A stretch of 64,000 bases of DNA from Scyliorhinus canicula (taxonomy: Eukaryota). Positions 61,297-64,000 of the stretch are shown here, one piece after another. Numbering within the stretch: the stretch's first letter is position 1; the number at the start of each line of letters is the position of its first letter. The stretch spans positions 29,167,287 to 29,231,286 of the forward strand of contig NC_052156.1 in assembly GCF_902713615.1 (NCBI RefSeq), given 5' to 3'. A program made the position numbers and the translations under genes. The notes below the pieces were generated by a model. It was not told the DNA's origin and searched no databases. It saw nothing but the letters and a program-made list of their open reading frames with translations.

Positions 61297-61497
61297 ACTC
61301 AGAGAGTAGTACGGGCGTGGAATGCCCTGCCTGCAACAGTAGTGGACTCGCCAACACTAAATGCATTCAAATGGTCATTGGATAGGCATATGGACGATAA
61401 GGGAATAGTGTAGAGGGACTTTAGAAGGGTTTCACAGGACGGTGCAACATCGTGGGCCGAAGGGCCTGTACTGCGCTGTAATGTTCTATGTTCTATG
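61297..61497 (+). mobile_element. CR1 3' end
   Basis: WNALP segment and gggccgaagggcctgt..(gttctat)n tail. Confidence 0.8.
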
Positions 61498-63247
61498 ACC
61501 TGCAGGGTGAGGCTCAGATGCAGACACAAAGAGAAATCAGCCAGAAAAATTAACCCAAACTCTTGTGAGGAGAAGAAGCAAATAACTCAGGAAGGAGTCC
61601 GTTTTTTTCTGTCTGGTAGAAAAAGAGACAGGGAATGTACAAGTTGCCAAAAACTCAAAAAGCTTTGGGAATAGCAGAAGTGCAAAAAGGTTTGGTGTTT
61701 TCCTAGAAATTACCAAACTGTGAATCGGGATATTATTGGTTAGTTGACTGAAAAAGGGTTCTAGAAAGGTACACCATCAGGGCTGTCATGACTCAAGAGA
61801 CAGAGGATTCATAGCATTGTGGGTTTTTTTTCACAAAAAAAATGCAATTTCTTTTACTTGCACAGGTTTAATAAAAAAGTGCAGCTCTGCTTCCATTTCT
61901 GTGCACTGATTTGCTCTGGCAGCTATAAACATCACTATAAAAGTCAAGTAATGGCCAGAGGTACAGAATTAGCAGCAATATTCCATTGCAATATTCTACT
62001 AACAGAAAAGCAAAAATCCATTTGGCAAGACAATATAATTTAACATTACAAAATTATTTTCCTTACAGAAAAATCTCCATTAAAAAAAAACCTACTTTTA
62101 AAATTTACATAGCACTAATGAGTCTCTCGAATGAAAGCTCTGTGCGTGGTCCTCTTCCTGCGTAGAGTTCTGTCCTCCTGGTTATAAAAAATTGTTACCA
62201 AGTGAGGCCCCCTCTAATTACCAACACCATGTGTTTGGTTTACCTTTCTGTAAAGCAGTCCACCAGAATAAGACAAAGGAGTTCTGGTCAGCAGTTCTCT
62301 TACAAAGTTCATTACCAATCTCTTTAAATGATATTCCCATCAACCCCATTCTTTAAATATCAACAGTCCCTCTATTTGACCTTCAGGGAAGGCAGCCTCT
62401 CATGGTAATGGCACAGCTGGTGATACCAGTCTGGATCAGTCAAAAGGGGATGAGCTTGTATCAAACTGCAGGTACTATCTGTTAAGACTGCTTCTCCCAC
62501 TCTGACAACGCCATTTATTGCTGTATTTTACAAGAACACCTCCACAAGAGGACAGATGCGTTTGAAAAGCAGGCAAGACTGAGATTCAAACTCCCAACCC
62601 TCGAAGGTGGAGGTAAAATGCTCAGCTGCCAGAGTAGCAGGATGTTATCAAAGAAGAAAATTACACTGATCTAAAATGAGTGTGGGAAATTACCAAAGGT
62701 GAGGGAAAGTTAAGCCTCTTGGGGAAAGTGAAGGCAGGGCGAGGCAGTCAATGCTCTCCATCCTTTTGGTTGAACTTTGCCAGCTGACTTAAACATCAGT
62801 CAGGAGCTTCACATGGTGACGACCTCCAGCGAGACTGTAGGTTTCCCATGATGCAGTTCATCATGCTGCTTAGCTGCTGGTGCATTGCAAACAGTTGACT
62901 CCCAGGGTGCTCATTCAAGTCCTCAGAGAAAAAGCGAGCAGAAAGCGTTAGCCTCAGAAACCAGGGCCGCGGAAGGAGTAATGGCAGGCAGCACAAGTCT
63001 CAACTAAATCTGATGCTAGCTTCTCATCATCGCCATTAGAGTAACTGCTGTCCTCTGTTCCATTTACTAGCTTCTCATTTTCAAATACACAATCTTCATC
63101 CAAACCAAGGGATTTTCTCTGCTGTTCATAGAAGGCAAAGACCTTTGGAGAACGGTTTGGAAGCAACTTAATTGCGCATCGTGTTTTGTTGATGATAACT
63201 GAAACTTGGAGATAAAAGCTGTTGTTGGATAGGACTCCTGACTACTA

Positions 63248-63471
63248 GTTGCCACACTCTGGTGACTGTTCAGGTACACTGAGGGAGAATTCAGAATGTC
63301 CAATTCACCTAACAGCACATCTTTCAGGACTTTGTGGGAGGAAGCCGGAGAACCCGAAGGAAACCCACGCAGACATGAGGAGAACGTGCAGAGTCCGCAC
63401 CTAGGCCAGGGATCGAACCCGGGTCCCTGGCACTGTGAGGCAACAGTGCTAAGCACTGTGCTACCGTGCCA
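63248..63471 (-). mobile_element. V-SINE variant, 3'-truncated
   Basis: As 36700-37000. Confidence 0.8.
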
Positions 63472-63556
63472 CCTACTCAACATTCCAACACAAGGGAGTA
63501 CTTCAACTAGGTTCTGGACTCAAAAGCTGCTATCGCTCAGGATGTATGTAACTTAC

Positions 63557-63649
63557 AGGTTTGTGCAGTCTTCCAGCAATGTATAGATTTTTCCAGTGAA
63601 GAAGGTCTTCAATCAGAGTTCCTGTACTGATAACTCCATATTTGATTAT
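63557..63649 (-). CDS. TAMM41: TAMM41 (mitochondrial phosphatidate cytidylyltransferase) internal exon, 93 nt
   Basis: Translates [31 protein letters not shown], matching the vertebrate TAMM41 motif; flanked by ttttcag and gtaagt; phase 0/0. Confidence 0.96.
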
Positions 63650-64000
63650 CTGAAAAAAATAAAGAGTGCTTCATGATAACTCCAGCAGATTATTCGTATG
63701 TCATTTCAATCTTAGTTGTCCTTGTGGCTTCTATTAGGATCCAGTAAGTGATCTAGTTATAGTACTTTAACACTTTGCTGAAAATACTGCACAAAATACA
63801 TAGTTTCTAATCAGATATTTAAATGTTAAACATTCATTAAGATATTTTGTTGTAAAGATTTTTTAAATGGCTATAATAAGAAATCTCTTTCTGCTTATAG
63901 TTTTTGCAACAGAATGTTTGCTGTGCTGATCTCTTCTGTATTGGCAAATTCTGATTAATTGTATCTGAAGTGAACTGCAATTTATGGGACAACATTTCAC

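Overview
Repeat-rich vertebrate genomic DNA, very probably from a shark (HE1/V-domain SINEs, CR1, L1/Tx1, RTE, Rex1/Babar, Vingi-like, Penelope-like and Harbinger-like repeats). The only host coding sequence I can support is six minus-strand exons forming the 3' ~235 codons of TAMM41 (63649 to 28806); the 5' exons lie beyond the window. Downstream of TAMM41 are two complete, compact Ty3/Gypsy (Mag-like) proviruses of different families (4819-9532 and 23428-28271, 5-bp TSDs); the window also holds two solo LTRs. The main finding is what these two elements share. (1) There is no tRNA primer-binding site; in its place is a 13-15 nt tract perfectly complementary to a tract exactly 50 nt inside their own LTR, with covarying sequence between families, ending on the ATTAAA poly(A) signal (self-priming and/or poly(A) occlusion). 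(2) The RT active site is YLDN rather than YxDD. (3) Tandem arrays of YY1-consensus plus CACGTG motifs lie inside the gag-protease coding linker. Penelope-like fragments carry minimal hammerhead ribozyme motifs. Everything was read by eye, so repeat boundaries other than LTR/TSD and exon edges are approximate.
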